Source: Candidatus Kapaibacterium sp. (GTDB lineage Bacteria; Bacteroidota; Ignavibacteria; Kapaibacteriales; UBA2268). Taken from it: 64,000 bases of DNA. The stretch spans positions 4,768,001 through 4,832,000 of the forward strand of contig OY762428.1 in NCBI GenBank assembly GCA_963665665.1. Reading direction: 5' to 3'. The notes beneath the pieces were generated by a model that ran no database searches, was not told the DNA's origin, and worked only from the letters and a program-made list of their open reading frames with translations. The translations under genes were made by a program, and so were the position numbers. Below are positions 31,701 to 41,554 of the stretch, one piece after another (the first letter of the stretch is position 1; each line of letters opens with the position of its first letter).

Positions 31701-33566
31701 ATCTCCTTTGTTGTAAATATAAAGGCTGTCCGTCCATTCCCACCCGGGGCATATAATTACAGAATCTACAATTTCGCTGATACTTACAAGCTCAGGAAAT
31801 CTCATGTAATGAATAATATTTGCAGCTGCCTGAGAATGGATATATTCAGGTGAATAATCGTACTTCCCAATACTTCCGCTACCTTTCCTGATAGCAAGGA
31901 AGTAATATACCGAATCCTGGGTATTGAATTCAGGAACAGCATACCAGTTATTCTGGTCAGCACGTGTAGTATTAATCATTTGCCAGTTGCTGTTTTCACC
32001 TTTTATCATGGCAATAACTTCATCGGCGCTTCCAATACTGCCACGTATAGTATCATCTTTTCTAAGCCAGGTGCTTGAATCTGTTGAAACACCCCTGAAC
32101 CTCGAGCCTGCAGTCGGAAATACAAGTGATCCCTGTTTTTCCAAAGCATCATAACGATGCCTTCCTGCTCCTCCGGATGCATCAGAACCACCTGCAACCG
32201 AAACATTTACAATTTGAATATATGATTTTGAAAATAGTCCTACATATCCGCCTGAACCATTTCCCCCATCTCCGTCGTCACTGTTTTGCCGGTCACCACC
32301 AATAGCATTTGCAGCGAAACTTCTTATTTCTGAGGCGAAGATCAGCATTGCGCCACCGCCGCCGCCGCCATCACCGGAGCAGCCGCCGGTTGGAGCCTGC
32401 GGATTACCACTGGCGCCTCCTGAACCTCCTGCAACCGGTACAACCGGACTGTTTCCATGAATTTTTCCCGGTGTATTTGAAGGGCCGTTACCCACCGAAG
32501 CATAACCACCCGAACCGCCGTCACCGTCATTTGTATAACCTGATCCTCCGCCATATCCGCCAACCTTATCATCGGTTGTTCCCGAGAAAGAACCTTCACC
32601 TGATAATCCAAATGGATGGCCGGTACCGCCGCCAGAAGCTTCATAATTGCCTGGTACTTTACCTCCCGGAACACCGTTCAGGCTGTTCCCGCCAATTTTT
32701 CTGTCACTGTTATCTTTACCGCTTCCGTCACCTGCAGTTTTGTATGAATCATTAAGCCATGGAATACCACTGCTGTTAAAACCTCCCGGGCCGCCGCCTG
32801 TATATCCGTCTCCGCCGTCTCCGCCATTGCCGGATACATCACAAAAATGGCCGCCACCGCCACCGCCGCCGGGACCTGCATGTTTACGGTCAGCATCAAC
32901 GTTTATTTCCGAACCTGTACGTCCTCGGATAGGCCCTTTGGAAAGAAGGATGAAGGGAAGATAGCCCTGGTTGCCATCCGCTGATGGATCACAGTCAGTA
33001 AGAGATGCTGTGTATGATACCCCTCCAAGGTATAAAGAATCAACGATCATAGCCCCTCGGGGGCTCCGGATACCCAGGTTGCCTTCGCCGAAAATACTTC
33101 CCTGCCCGTCGATATCACCAAGCTGAAAAGGTTCAACTACATAAAATGCTACTTCATTACTAAGGTTATTATTTACAGATACCCGAAATCTGATTATTGA
33201 TTGTTCTGTCAGTTCATCCCATTTATCCGAATCAGGAATAAATTGTGGATTTACAAATACCTGTGTGGATATCATACGCCCCTCCCATCCTACTATCAGA
33301 GGGCCGAAAGTAACAATACTTGTGTCGGCAGGATCTGAAAGTACAATTTTTACGTTTTCATCATTTATACCATAATAAATGGTATCTTTAGTCCCGAAAT
33401 TATTAAATGAGTCATGCGGAGCGATTATCTCAATATGGGTATTCATGCCCGGCGACCCGATATCGGGTAATATGTAAGAAATTGTTTGAGCTAATATATT
33501 CGAGTTAAATGCAAGGAGTAATACAATACCCGCACATATAATATTAAAAATTTTTAAGATAATCAT
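28779..33566 (-). CDS. large T9SS-CTD surface protein: glycine-rich domain, tandem ASH/choice-of-anchor-D Ig-like domains, CTD
   Basis: Signal peptide, about 250 aa of GGxGG-rich sequence, repeated (I/L)xNxG...L...F.P Ig-like modules (LDFGTL, IDLGAV), and a CTD with NPNPA...SGMYYL. Confidence 0.8.
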   Translation of the reverse strand: MIILKIFNIICAGIVLLLAFNSNILAQTISYILPDIGSPGMNTHIEIIAPHDSFNNFGTKDTIYYGINDENVKIVLSDPADTSIVTFGPLIVGWEGRMISTQVFVNPQFIPDSDKWDELTEQSIIRFRVSVNNNLSNEVAFYVVEPFQLGDIDGQGSIFGEGNLGIRSPRGAMIVDSLYLGGVSYTASLTDCDPSADGNQGYLPFILLSKGPIRGRTGSEINVDADRKHAGPGGGGGGGHFCDVSGNGGDGGDGYTGGGPGGFNSSGIPWLNDSYKTAGDGSGKDNSDRKIGGNSLNGVPGGKVPGNYEASGGGTGHPFGLSGEGSFSGTTDDKVGGYGGGSGYTNDGDGGSGGYASVGNGPSNTPGKIHGNSPVVPVAGGSGGASGNPQAPTGGCSGDGGGGGGAMLIFASEIRSFAANAIGGDRQNSDDGDGGNGSGGYVGLFSKSYIQIVNVSVAGGSDASGGAGRHRYDALEKQGSLVFPTAGSRFRGVSTDSSTWLRKDDTIRGSIGSADEVIAMIKGENSNWQMINTTRADQNNWYAVPEFNTQDSVYYFLAIRKGSGSIGKYDYSPEYIHSQAAANIIHYMRFPELVSISEIVDSVIICPGWEWTDSLYIYNKGDADLILNMDNAIWDYDDSGYELLEPLTETRVAPGDSVKVKVKFHGYQDQYAVDYLMIPHNDREQLNPFQIKFEIKQFFIKHVAFDADKTDTLNTSQQKSLFLGEVCPDKVVSKKFIEVNTGHLPLNLDIPVLNGDPGFNAAINGIEFRTDEADTVTVSFSSANLDTGRYETTIYIKSLECPEIIDSVLAYVYVVDTYFEFEGETDLGQINVGETSSTRIVVRKKGRGTAIISSLPTLNPPFSIVSSEPPIPPDYYLGANDSLILNIEFAPTASGDFTELVNILSDDFDANICPGSVSFTLLGNGAKPELSSNTDSIYFGINPWCGEVEEEIILTNKGAGDVTITEEPQITGIDMDMFIISSRPVESIPIKLGPDQGVSYYVRFISMPDRFGNMNAIFEVKTNDPENPLIEVKLNGDKEEIDITIDPSPLDLGNIAVGATGSATVQFTNNGTILRDINNYETDDLNVSVSPPGAPLNPNGGTADFEVFYSPDAEGQVRDTIMFIINDPCQDTLYLPIVANGITATVVIPDTLDFGTLAPCGSKLDSIEIANTGEADMQLTGATISSQNSEKFSVLTTNFPIDIPAGESVYIQVDFNAMENPDGFYYSSVELEFDMNGTTVRQNVVLKAEIYSGLLAYPNPIDLGAVPVGSSNSGLLKVLNIGKADFDFINVTSPTLSSIFSMNPVEVKSQLLIGDSLVFNIDFTPQAEQQYTDSVTFHFVIDTCDIYKTVIITGYGGSLEHVKIWLPKVEVSPDIDNYQLKLYGQLMPKGDPDTIRYITAGFKTTISFDASLYYPENAVNGTITDDFVLNDYRHVDIEFDDVDIYEKETVIGTLEGPTLLGAVSFTPLLWNNFEWNIAGEIDSPEMENGSLSIIICREGGDRLLARTEAMMTIINPNPAGERTEITLRSIETGYHMAELVSLRGEKIKLAEWNVNLNGNKEKRILLDTDRFASGMYYLIFSSNARRVVERLFIVK

Positions 33567-33859
33567 AGTAAACCCGGATTTTTTATAATCTCCCTAATGT
33601 CTAAATATACGTATAAACACGTATATCTTGTACGTATTTTCTTGTATTTTTTATAAAATGTGGATAAATAATTCAATTTTCTCCTAATTATACCGATAAT
33701 TAATGTTGTAAACAAGATAACTGTATTCATTGTGTTGTTAATATTATAACACTCAAAAAAATACAGGTATTTAAAAAAATTAATCTAAATCTTTATCGTC
33801 ACAATATTTAGTGGCTTAATATTTGATAAAGCAGTAGGAAGTTTTAAACTTGAAAAATA

Positions 33860-35032
33860 ATGGTTGACGGAACTGACATAAGAAGCGAAGGAATAAGCTC
33901 ACTCGGGGAACCGGTTCTCGGGGGAATAGGCTATGTTCCCGTAAGAAAGAAAGCAAAATCTTCTATTCAATTGAAGAAGGGGGAGATCATTGCCGGAACC
34001 ATTATGGATAATAATGGCCAGAATCAGGTTGTTGTTCGTCTTCCAATGGGTACTTACAATGCTTTTCTCAGGGGACGTTTGAAAAAAGGAGACTACCTGT
34101 TTCTTAAAGTAATTGAAAATACGCCGTCTTTGATGTTAAAGATACATTCTGTTTATACTCATAAGAACCGAAAGCCAATACCCGATGATGAAATATTGAG
34201 AATTCTTGACCTGCCAGACAGTAAATTTTATAAAGAATTGCTCAGAGTGATCAGAAAATTTGAAAGCAGGATTGTCAGGGATAGTATTCTTCTAATCGTT
34301 AAGGATTATCTTGGGCTTATTGAACAAAAAGTAAGGGTTGAAAAGCATCCGGAAGCAACCAAAGCAATATATTTTATGAGAAAACACGGAATGAAGTTGA
34401 GTCCTGAGAATTTCGAAGATGTTAGGATGCTTTTTGTCAATCCGAATGTTTTTCTTAATTCCGTATTAAATATTGAAAAGTTTACATTAAGGGGCAATAA
34501 AAATTTTCCGGTGCTGAAGAATATCCTTAAATCTATTCATTCTAATATTTATAACGTTAAAAGTATGATGTACCTGTTTTCTTCTTCGGGAGTTGAAGAA
34601 GGTAAACTAACTACTTTTTACGAGATAATAAGAAAACATGTGATTGGGAATTCGGTATTTGCTTTAATAATTAATGATGCAAGAATAATAAAGTCTTCAT
34701 TCGATGCACTGTATAAATGGAATGAGTTTGCTTTGAACAACGATGCGCCCTTCTTTGCATATTTGCCTTTTCCTGTAAAAGGCAGGCTTGAAATTGCCCG
34801 GATCCTTATGCTGAGGCCGGATAACAAAATGAATAAAAATATCAGAATGAGCCTGAAAGTACCTGGTTTCACCGAGAAGGAAAACGAATATCTCGAACTG
34901 ATAAATTCCGAATTCAGGAAAAAAGGATTTATTCTTGAGAATATTTGCCTGAGCAATGGTTCTGAAAGCAGCTTCGACCCCGGTGCAAATTCCTCTGGTG
35001 CCAGGCTTCAAAGCATATCAGTGGTTGTCTAA
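33860..35032 (+). CDS. hypothetical protein with weak resemblance to FliK-like proteins
   Basis: 390 aa ORF with an N-terminal module LKKGEIIAGTI...LKKGDYLFLKV...LMLKI. Confidence 0.6.
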   Translation: MVDGTDIRSEGISSLGEPVLGGIGYVPVRKKAKSSIQLKKGEIIAGTIMDNNGQNQVVVRLPMGTYNAFLRGRLKKGDYLFLKVIENTPSLMLKIHSVYTHKNRKPIPDDEILRILDLPDSKFYKELLRVIRKFESRIVRDSILLIVKDYLGLIEQKVRVEKHPEATKAIYFMRKHGMKLSPENFEDVRMLFVNPNVFLNSVLNIEKFTLRGNKNFPVLKNILKSIHSNIYNVKSMMYLFSSSGVEEGKLTTFYEIIRKHVIGNSVFALIINDARIIKSSFDALYKWNEFALNNDAPFFAYLPFPVKGRLEIARILMLRPDNKMNKNIRMSLKVPGFTEKENEYLELINSEFRKKGFILENICLSNGSESSFDPGANSSGARLQSISVVV

Positions 35033-35062
35033 TCCCATGAAAATTTTTCAAAATTACTGATA

Positions 35063-35200
35063 TCAAAGGTCATCTTCTTCATTATGCTTTTCTTCCAAAG
35101 CAGATATTTTTCTGTCAATAAAAAAAAGATAGATTGAAATTCCTAGCCAGATCACTAATGAAATTGATAGCACCGTACTGTTCGATTGAAATATATCCAT
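35063..35200 (-). CDS. CcmD-like small membrane protein
   Basis: Not in the ORF track. MDIFQSNSTVLSISLVIWLGISIYLFFIDRKISALEEKHNEEDDL (45 aa) starts 11 bp after ccmC. Confidence 0.75.
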   Translation of the reverse strand: MDIFQSNSTVLSISLVIWLGISIYLFFIDRKISALEEKHNEEDDL

Positions 35201-35211
35201 AATAAAAATTC

Positions 35212-36252
35212 CTAAATGTTATTACCTGATTTTTTGAACTTTAATATCATGTACCTGCTGGCGATATTATGCATGTAAAAGAAAAGAGCGGTAAAAGCCC
35301 CAAGGCCAAGTGCAAATGCCCATGACATTGTGGGGCTAAGCATGCTGCCGCCCGAACTGATTACAGGCCCAGTACTCCCTTCTGATCCCGAACCCGGATG
35401 AAGCCCGGAAGCTATCCTGGGAAGGATGAAAACAAAAAAAGGAACGGTTAGAAAGGCGAAGGTGGAATAAACCGAACTTAGCCTTGCTTTTGTTTCAGGA
35501 TTATCAATTGCTGACCTGAGGGCGAAATATGCAGCATAAATCAGCATCAATATAAAAATTGAAGTTTCACGGGGGTCCCAGTTCCAGTAAGAACCCCAGT
35601 TCTGCTTTGCCCAAAGCATACCGGTAACTGTTGCCAGTATTGTGAATAACAGGCCGAGAGAAGCAGATGCAGAAGCTTTCAGATCATCGTTAATGTCTCT
35701 TTTTCTCAAATATTTTATCGAAAATATCATTGATACCAGGTATGCCATTACGGCAACCCAGGCCTGAGGTACATGAAGATTTAATATTCTTATCCTTTGC
35801 ATAAGTTCGGGAATGAAAGGATATGTGAATAATGGGTTTACGCTTTCGGTTTTTTCCCAGATAAAAGCATTTCTGGTTTTATCATATCTTGCAAGAATTA
35901 TCAGTTCTGTGCTTCCTGCCAGGTCAAGAATATTTTTTTCATTCATTGTGATTATCGGTATTTCTCGTTTTCCTGTCAGTTTCTCAAAGAAGAAATCATC
36001 TTCAACATCTTTTTCAAATTTTGTTGTTGCATCAACTTTTATAAGGAAGCTTTCAGTAAAACCACGCCTTACAGCCTGCTCGGAAAACTCCGGGCCGGAT
36101 GCGATTGGGGGGAGAAGAGTCAGTGCAAGCGATGCTGCCACTGCAATAATTATAATTAACTTATGGATGGTGGAATAAGGTTTGCCGGAACCGCCGATAA
36201 AACCTGATAAGATTGCCAGGCCAAGCCCCGTAGTAAATAGTAAAAATTTCAT
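35212..36252 (-). CDS. ccmC: cytochrome c biogenesis heme-handling protein (CcmC/CcsA WWD family)
   Basis: HVPQAW, TGMLWAKQNWGSYWNWDPRETS and LHP. Confidence 0.85.
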   Translation of the reverse strand: MKFLLFTTGLGLAILSGFIGGSGKPYSTIHKLIIIIAVAASLALTLLPPIASGPEFSEQAVRRGFTESFLIKVDATTKFEKDVEDDFFFEKLTGKREIPIITMNEKNILDLAGSTELIILARYDKTRNAFIWEKTESVNPLFTYPFIPELMQRIRILNLHVPQAWVAVMAYLVSMIFSIKYLRKRDINDDLKASASASLGLLFTILATVTGMLWAKQNWGSYWNWDPRETSIFILMLIYAAYFALRSAIDNPETKARLSSVYSTFAFLTVPFFVFILPRIASGLHPGSGSEGSTGPVISSGGSMLSPTMSWAFALGLGAFTALFFYMHNIASRYMILKFKKSGNNI

Positions 36253-36359
36253 AATTCAACAGAATGTGTGAATAATTATTTTTGTCAGAACACGACAAAG
36301 ATAAAATAAAATTTTATTTGGAAAAAAATGATTTTAAGAAAAAAGGGTAGTACCGGGAA

Positions 36360-36800
36360 TTAATTCAGATGTTTTGTAAGAAAAAGAATGTTTTTATCAT
36401 TCTTGTTTTTTGCAGCCTCGTAAGTAATCTGATCCATTACTTTCCTCATAATATGAATCCCGAGGCCGCCCCTTCGGAATTTTTTAAAATATTCTTTCAT
36501 GTCCGGCTGGTCAACGTCAAGAGGATTGAAGGGACTACCGTTATCCTGAATTTTTACAGTAAATTTATCCTGAATTGTTTCGATTTCAATACAAATCTTT
36601 TTATCAGGATCAAAACTGTATGCATGTCTTATCAGGTTAGAACAGGCTTCATCAACCGCAAGTGCAATTTTCTGGGCTTCCTGATCAGGAAACCCGAAAG
36701 ATAGCGCTTTTTCAAGAATGAAGTCCCTAATCTTCTTTAGTTCTTCAAAGTCGCAAATTGCGCACATATAATCGTCATATATCATCGTCCCGTTATGCAT
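36360..36800 (-). CDS. anti-sigma factor Ser/Thr kinase (RsbW-like)
   Basis: LAVDEACSNLIRHAY, IQDNG and GGLGIHIM. Confidence 0.92.
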   Translation of the reverse strand: MHNGTMIYDDYMCAICDFEELKKIRDFILEKALSFGFPDQEAQKIALAVDEACSNLIRHAYSFDPDKKICIEIETIQDKFTVKIQDNGSPFNPLDVDQPDMKEYFKKFRRGGLGIHIMRKVMDQITYEAAKNKNDKNILFLTKHLN

Positions 36801-37170
36801 CTTTTTTCAACTCGTCCTTTTTAAACTTTTCTGTTGCGGATTTTTCATCATCAAAAATATCAAAAAGCATAGGAAAACCAAGAAGGTCGAAAACTGAGAA
36901 TACTTTGGGCTTGAGCTCTGCAATTTTTATATCGCCGCCTTCGTCGCGAATATCTTCTATAAAGGCCATGAATACACCAAGCCCGGCGCTGCTGATATAG
37001 TCAAGGTCTTTAAGGTTGATAACAATTTTATAATTTTTTGTTTCAATCTGCCCGCTTATTGCTTCTTCCAGTTCCGGTGCCGTATGGGCATCGAGATAAC
37101 CACTAAGATAAAAGAAAACAACTTCTTCTTTGGTTTCCTGCAATATTTTAAAATTATTTGTTTCTGACAC
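36793..37170 (-). CDS. STAS-domain anti-anti-sigma factor (RsbV-like)
   Basis: GYLDAHTAPELE and LDYISSAGLGV. Confidence 0.93.
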   Translation of the reverse strand: MSETNNFKILQETKEEVVFFYLSGYLDAHTAPELEEAISGQIETKNYKIVINLKDLDYISSAGLGVFMAFIEDIRDEGGDIKIAELKPKVFSVFDLLGFPMLFDIFDDEKSATEKFKKDELKKDA

Positions 37171-37312
37171 AGTTATAGCTCCAACTCATTTTTATTAATT
37201 TCATGTCCTAATATTAAGACGACTACAAAGTAATATTCATTCAAAGTTAACAAAATCTTTTCAATATTTATAATTTTTCAATATTAATAACATATCAAAC
37301 AAAATGCCAAAA

Positions 37313-39439
37313 TTAATTAAAACAAACCGCGATTGCAGTAATATCATCACTTTGCCGGTAACCTCCGGCATAATTATCTATCAGTTTCTTTACGTCCCGA
37401 AGCGCGTCAGTTGCATTATTATAAACGCCCTTATTGAATAATTCCAATACAGGATCAATTCCGAGCTGTTCCCGCCTGCTGTTCTCCAGCTCATCCAGTC
37501 CGTCCGTGAACATCATGCATACATCGTTACTTTCAATCGGAATTATCTCTTCTTCAATAAGGGAATTAAATTTTTCTGAATCCGCCAGGCCAATACCCAG
37601 GCCCTGTGGCCTGTAAAGCTTCGAACTCCCGTTTCTTTTAATTATCAAAGGAGTGTGTCCGGCCCTGGCATAAGTAATAATTCCGGTTTCAATATCAACA
37701 GACAAAGCAGCCATGGTTATGAACATCTGTCTTTCCATGGATTTATATAAAGTGGAATTTATCTTTTTGAGTAATTCTGCGGGGCTTTCTGCATCTCTTG
37801 CTACCGAGAGAACCACTCCTTTAAGTTGTGCCATGTAAAATGCAGCATTCATTCCTTTGCCTGAAACGTCTCCGATCAAGATACAGGGTCTTCCGTCTTT
37901 AAGCAGCCCAAGGTCGTAAAAATCACCGCCAACTTCTTCAGCGGGCATGGAAAAGGCATCTATTGTATATTTTTTAAAATTTGGAAGTTCCTGCGGAAGC
38001 AGCTTTTGCTGCATGTTTTTGGCAAGAAGCAATTCCTGCTTGAAATGTTCTTTTTCGATAGAATCTTTCAGTAACCGTGCATTTTCGAGGGCAAGGCTTA
38101 CATTATCGCTGAAAGCTGCAATAACGTTTACATCGTCAGGTTCAAAGCCAAATTCCTCGGAATTTACAACGAAAAGAGTTCCTATCCTGTTATTGCCAGC
38201 AAATAGCGGTACTACTATCATCGACCCGGTTAATTTGAGTGGCTTTAGTATTTTGCTTAGTTCTTCATCTTCAGGAATTGATTCAATTATCAAGGGTTCT
38301 TTAATTTCACTGAATCGTTGGCTGATAAGCGGATTCCTTAATAGATCACCTGCATTAGTGTCATCCAGATAGCTTGAGAAAATAATCGTATTCGATGTAT
38401 TTGCTTCGTATAACTCTGTCCACGAAGCCGTACCCTGCACAGCTCCCTGTGCCAGCTGAGTTACAGTTCCAATCAGGTTGTTGAAATCAACAGTTTGTGA
38501 CACCAGTTTATTAAGATAAGTAAGTGAGCTTAATTCCGAAAGCCTTTTTTCCATGATGTTCGATGTTGGCAGTGATGCTATTGTAGCGAAGAACAGGCGT
38601 AGAAAATAAATTGATGCAAAAATAAGTGTTATTCCGCTCAGCTCGGGTAATCCGGGCATGAAGATATTCACTGACCTGCCCAGGGTGTAATCCTCGACAA
38701 TGAAAAGGGAGGAAAAGAACATTATGCCCATTCCGAGGACTGTTAATCCAAGCAATTTTAGTTTTTTACCACCCGGAAGCAGTAATATCCAGTTGTTCTT
38801 TTTTGAAAGAAGAAATACAAATGTGATCAGGATCAGGATCAAAAGAGTTATGAAAATATTAATTGCCTTGCTGTCCTTAGTGCCAACGGCAAAATCAAGG
38901 TACATAAATAATGATATCAGCAAAGTTCCGGAAACAAGTATTTTCAGGTACAGCTTTGTTCTGCTGTGACGCCTGATTGTCATCCATTTATACAGGAATC
39001 TGCCAGTTATAATGCTGGCATGGATAACATAGAAAGTGGCAATGTCTGCAATGATAATCCCCCACAGGCTAATAAATTGCTCTGAAACAAAAGGCCGTGA
39101 GGGTACAAAAATCTGAAGTAATATTATGCCCGGAACGATTAACAATACTTTCTTAAGGTCGCGGAAGAAATTTTCAGAATTTCTGTCGTTCAGTATTTGG
39201 TGTTCATCATGGGGACGTGAAAATTCAAAGAGAAAAACTGTTATGAAAAAAGCCAGGAAACTAACTGTTTTCCATCCAAAAACGTAGAATGACTGATAAT
39301 CACTGAAATAAAAAAGTGCGATGTCGCCAATAAGCCTGGTTATGGTAAAAATAAGTGCTGAAATTATTAGCAGTTTTCTGTTTATGTTTGTTTTAATCGG
39401 CACTTTCCATCTACCTTTATTATATAGCTCTGTATTCAT
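37313..39439 (-). CDS. membrane PP2C/SpoIIE phosphatase with GAF domain (RsbU-like)
   Basis: About 8 TM helices, a GAF-like region, then VGGDFYD, IGDVSGKG, RAGH, FTDGL and DDIT. Confidence 0.92.
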   Translation of the reverse strand: MNTELYNKGRWKVPIKTNINRKLLIISALIFTITRLIGDIALFYFSDYQSFYVFGWKTVSFLAFFITVFLFEFSRPHDEHQILNDRNSENFFRDLKKVLLIVPGIILLQIFVPSRPFVSEQFISLWGIIIADIATFYVIHASIITGRFLYKWMTIRRHSRTKLYLKILVSGTLLISLFMYLDFAVGTKDSKAINIFITLLILILITFVFLLSKKNNWILLLPGGKKLKLLGLTVLGMGIMFFSSLFIVEDYTLGRSVNIFMPGLPELSGITLIFASIYFLRLFFATIASLPTSNIMEKRLSELSSLTYLNKLVSQTVDFNNLIGTVTQLAQGAVQGTASWTELYEANTSNTIIFSSYLDDTNAGDLLRNPLISQRFSEIKEPLIIESIPEDEELSKILKPLKLTGSMIVVPLFAGNNRIGTLFVVNSEEFGFEPDDVNVIAAFSDNVSLALENARLLKDSIEKEHFKQELLLAKNMQQKLLPQELPNFKKYTIDAFSMPAEEVGGDFYDLGLLKDGRPCILIGDVSGKGMNAAFYMAQLKGVVLSVARDAESPAELLKKINSTLYKSMERQMFITMAALSVDIETGIITYARAGHTPLIIKRNGSSKLYRPQGLGIGLADSEKFNSLIEEEIIPIESNDVCMMFTDGLDELENSRREQLGIDPVLELFNKGVYNNATDALRDVKKLIDNYAGGYRQSDDITAIAVCFN

Positions 39440-39633
39440 CTTTCCTTTATTGTATTTACGATGTGATTAATTAAAAGTTTCTACATTCTTAAATTGCAGT
39501 AATCAATTTACAAATTTGCATAAACTATGCTTTATTATCAAGAAAAATTAAAAAACTGATTTCATAATTGCACTATTGAATATAATCAATTAGATTTGCT
39601 AAAAATAATAGTAACGATTTCAGCGGAAAGATC

Positions 39634-41154
39634 ATGAAATATATACTGACACCAGACGAGATGCGACTTGCCGACTCAACGGCAATCAATGAGTATTCTA
39701 TACCGGGAATAGTTTTAATGGAGAATGCTGCAAGGTCCGCATCGGATTACATATTTGAGATTTTTGAAAATGAAGGATTAAACGATCCCGAAATACTGAT
39801 ACTTTGCGGAAGCGGAAATAATGGCGGTGATGGGTTTGCTTTGGCACGTCACCTTCATGAAGACTATGATGTTAGCATTGCCTGGATTGGCAGTGAAGAA
39901 AAAATGAGTGATGAAACTAAAGCCAATTTTCAATCTGCAAAGAAATTGAATATTCCTGTCGAAAAATTTGAAAGTTCTGATGATGTTGAAGGATATTTCG
40001 ATTCTTTTGATTGTATCATTGATTCGATGATTGGAGTTGGAGGATCTGAAAACCTTAGAGGCCTGGTTGTGGATATTCTGGCGGAAATTAAAGAAACCGA
40101 TGCCTTAAAAATTGCAATTGATGCCCCGACAGGGCTTAATACCGAAACGGGAATGGCCTACCCCGACTGTTTCTTTGCTGATCACACTATAACTATGTTT
40201 GCAATAAAAACCGGTATGTTACTCAATGATGGTATTGATGTATGCGGAATGATCCATATTGCTTACCTCGGAGCACCCGATGGTATTTCTGCCGGGATTG
40301 CGAAATCCAAAGCAATTGAAAGAAGCGACCTGAAATTTTTACTTCCCAGGCGGGAAATTGTAAGTTCAAAATTCGATTATGGTAAAGTGATGATAATTGC
40401 CGGCTCAAGAAGATTTCCCGGAGCTGCTGCATTAACGGCTAATGCTGCTGTCAGGTCGGGAGCCGGGCTTGTTTACCTTTTTACCACGTCAATACATCAT
40501 TCATTGGCTCCTGAAGTTATTCCAACAGAGGTTGATTCAACACCTGACGGAGGTATCAGCTTCACGGCTTATGATACGATAATGGAAACTGCCATGAAGT
40601 CTGATGTGGTTGCAATTGGCCCCGGTATTGGCCGGGAAGAGGAGACTCTTGATATGGTCAGGAAAATTGTATTTAATCTTCCGGATCACATCTCAATTAT
40701 ACTTGATGCTGACGCGATAGGTGCTATAAATCCCGAAGATCAGTTGAGAAATAATATAATTATTACTCCTCATTGTGGAGAATTTGCTGCCCTGACAGGT
40801 GAAAAAAGATCTTTTGTTGAGCAAAATCACGCCTGGCTTGCAAAAGAGTGGGCCGCGAAATTGAATTGTACCGCATTGCTGAAACATGTTCCCTCTGTTA
40901 TCAGCAATGGCAGGAGCTCTTATTGGAACCTTAACGGGAATCCCGGTATGGCAACCGGGGGAAGCGGCGATGTACTGACTGGTGTTATTGCCGGGCTTCT
41001 GGCTCAGGAAACCGAACCACTCAAGGCTGCTGCTTTCGGTGCTTTTATTCATGCTGATGCCGGAGACCGTTTTGCTGAGGAATATTCGATGGAATCTCTT
41101 ACGGCAAGTGATATAATAGATTATTTAAAAGTTACATTTCTTCAAGCTGAGTAA
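39634..41154 (+). CDS. nnr: bifunctional NAD(P)H-hydrate epimerase/dehydratase
   Basis: LMENAA, CGSGNNGGDG, GPGIG, LDADA, TPHCGEF and GMATGGSGDVLTG. Confidence 0.95.
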   Translation: MKYILTPDEMRLADSTAINEYSIPGIVLMENAARSASDYIFEIFENEGLNDPEILILCGSGNNGGDGFALARHLHEDYDVSIAWIGSEEKMSDETKANFQSAKKLNIPVEKFESSDDVEGYFDSFDCIIDSMIGVGGSENLRGLVVDILAEIKETDALKIAIDAPTGLNTETGMAYPDCFFADHTITMFAIKTGMLLNDGIDVCGMIHIAYLGAPDGISAGIAKSKAIERSDLKFLLPRREIVSSKFDYGKVMIIAGSRRFPGAAALTANAAVRSGAGLVYLFTTSIHHSLAPEVIPTEVDSTPDGGISFTAYDTIMETAMKSDVVAIGPGIGREEETLDMVRKIVFNLPDHISIILDADAIGAINPEDQLRNNIIITPHCGEFAALTGEKRSFVEQNHAWLAKEWAAKLNCTALLKHVPSVISNGRSSYWNLNGNPGMATGGSGDVLTGVIAGLLAQETEPLKAAAFGAFIHADAGDRFAEEYSMESLTASDIIDYLKVTFLQAE

Positions 41155-41157
41155 CTT

Positions 41158-41553
41158 TTGTTTATTAAGTTTTTTAATAACAGATATATTAAATATGTGC
41201 CTGCCCTGATAGTATCGGCAGGTATTTTTACTATTTCTCATCAGGAAAGGCCGATTTTCCAGGTTAACAGTTTCGAATTTCACGACAAAATTTTGCATTT
41301 GATAGCTTATTATGTTTTCGGCCTGACACTTCTGATTGCTACCCTGAATGTTGAAGTTAGGAAAAGACTGATTTTAGTAACCTTGATTGGCATTTTTTTC
41401 GGTATCAGTGATGAATTTCACCAGTATTTTATTCCGGGAAGGGATGCTGATATCTGGGATATAGCAGCAGATTCTATAGGAGTTATTATATCATTACCTT
41501 TTTGGAAATTGATTGACAGATGTATTTTTAAGTTTAAGAAACTGAATGTGTGA
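41158..41553 (+). CDS. VanZ family membrane protein
   Basis: DKILHLIAY and SDEFHQYFIPGRDADIWDIAADSIG. Confidence 0.9.
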   Translation: MFIKFFNNRYIKYVPALIVSAGIFTISHQERPIFQVNSFEFHDKILHLIAYYVFGLTLLIATLNVEVRKRLILVTLIGIFFGISDEFHQYFIPGRDADIWDIAADSIGVIISLPFWKLIDRCIFKFKKLNV

Positions 41554-41554
41554 T

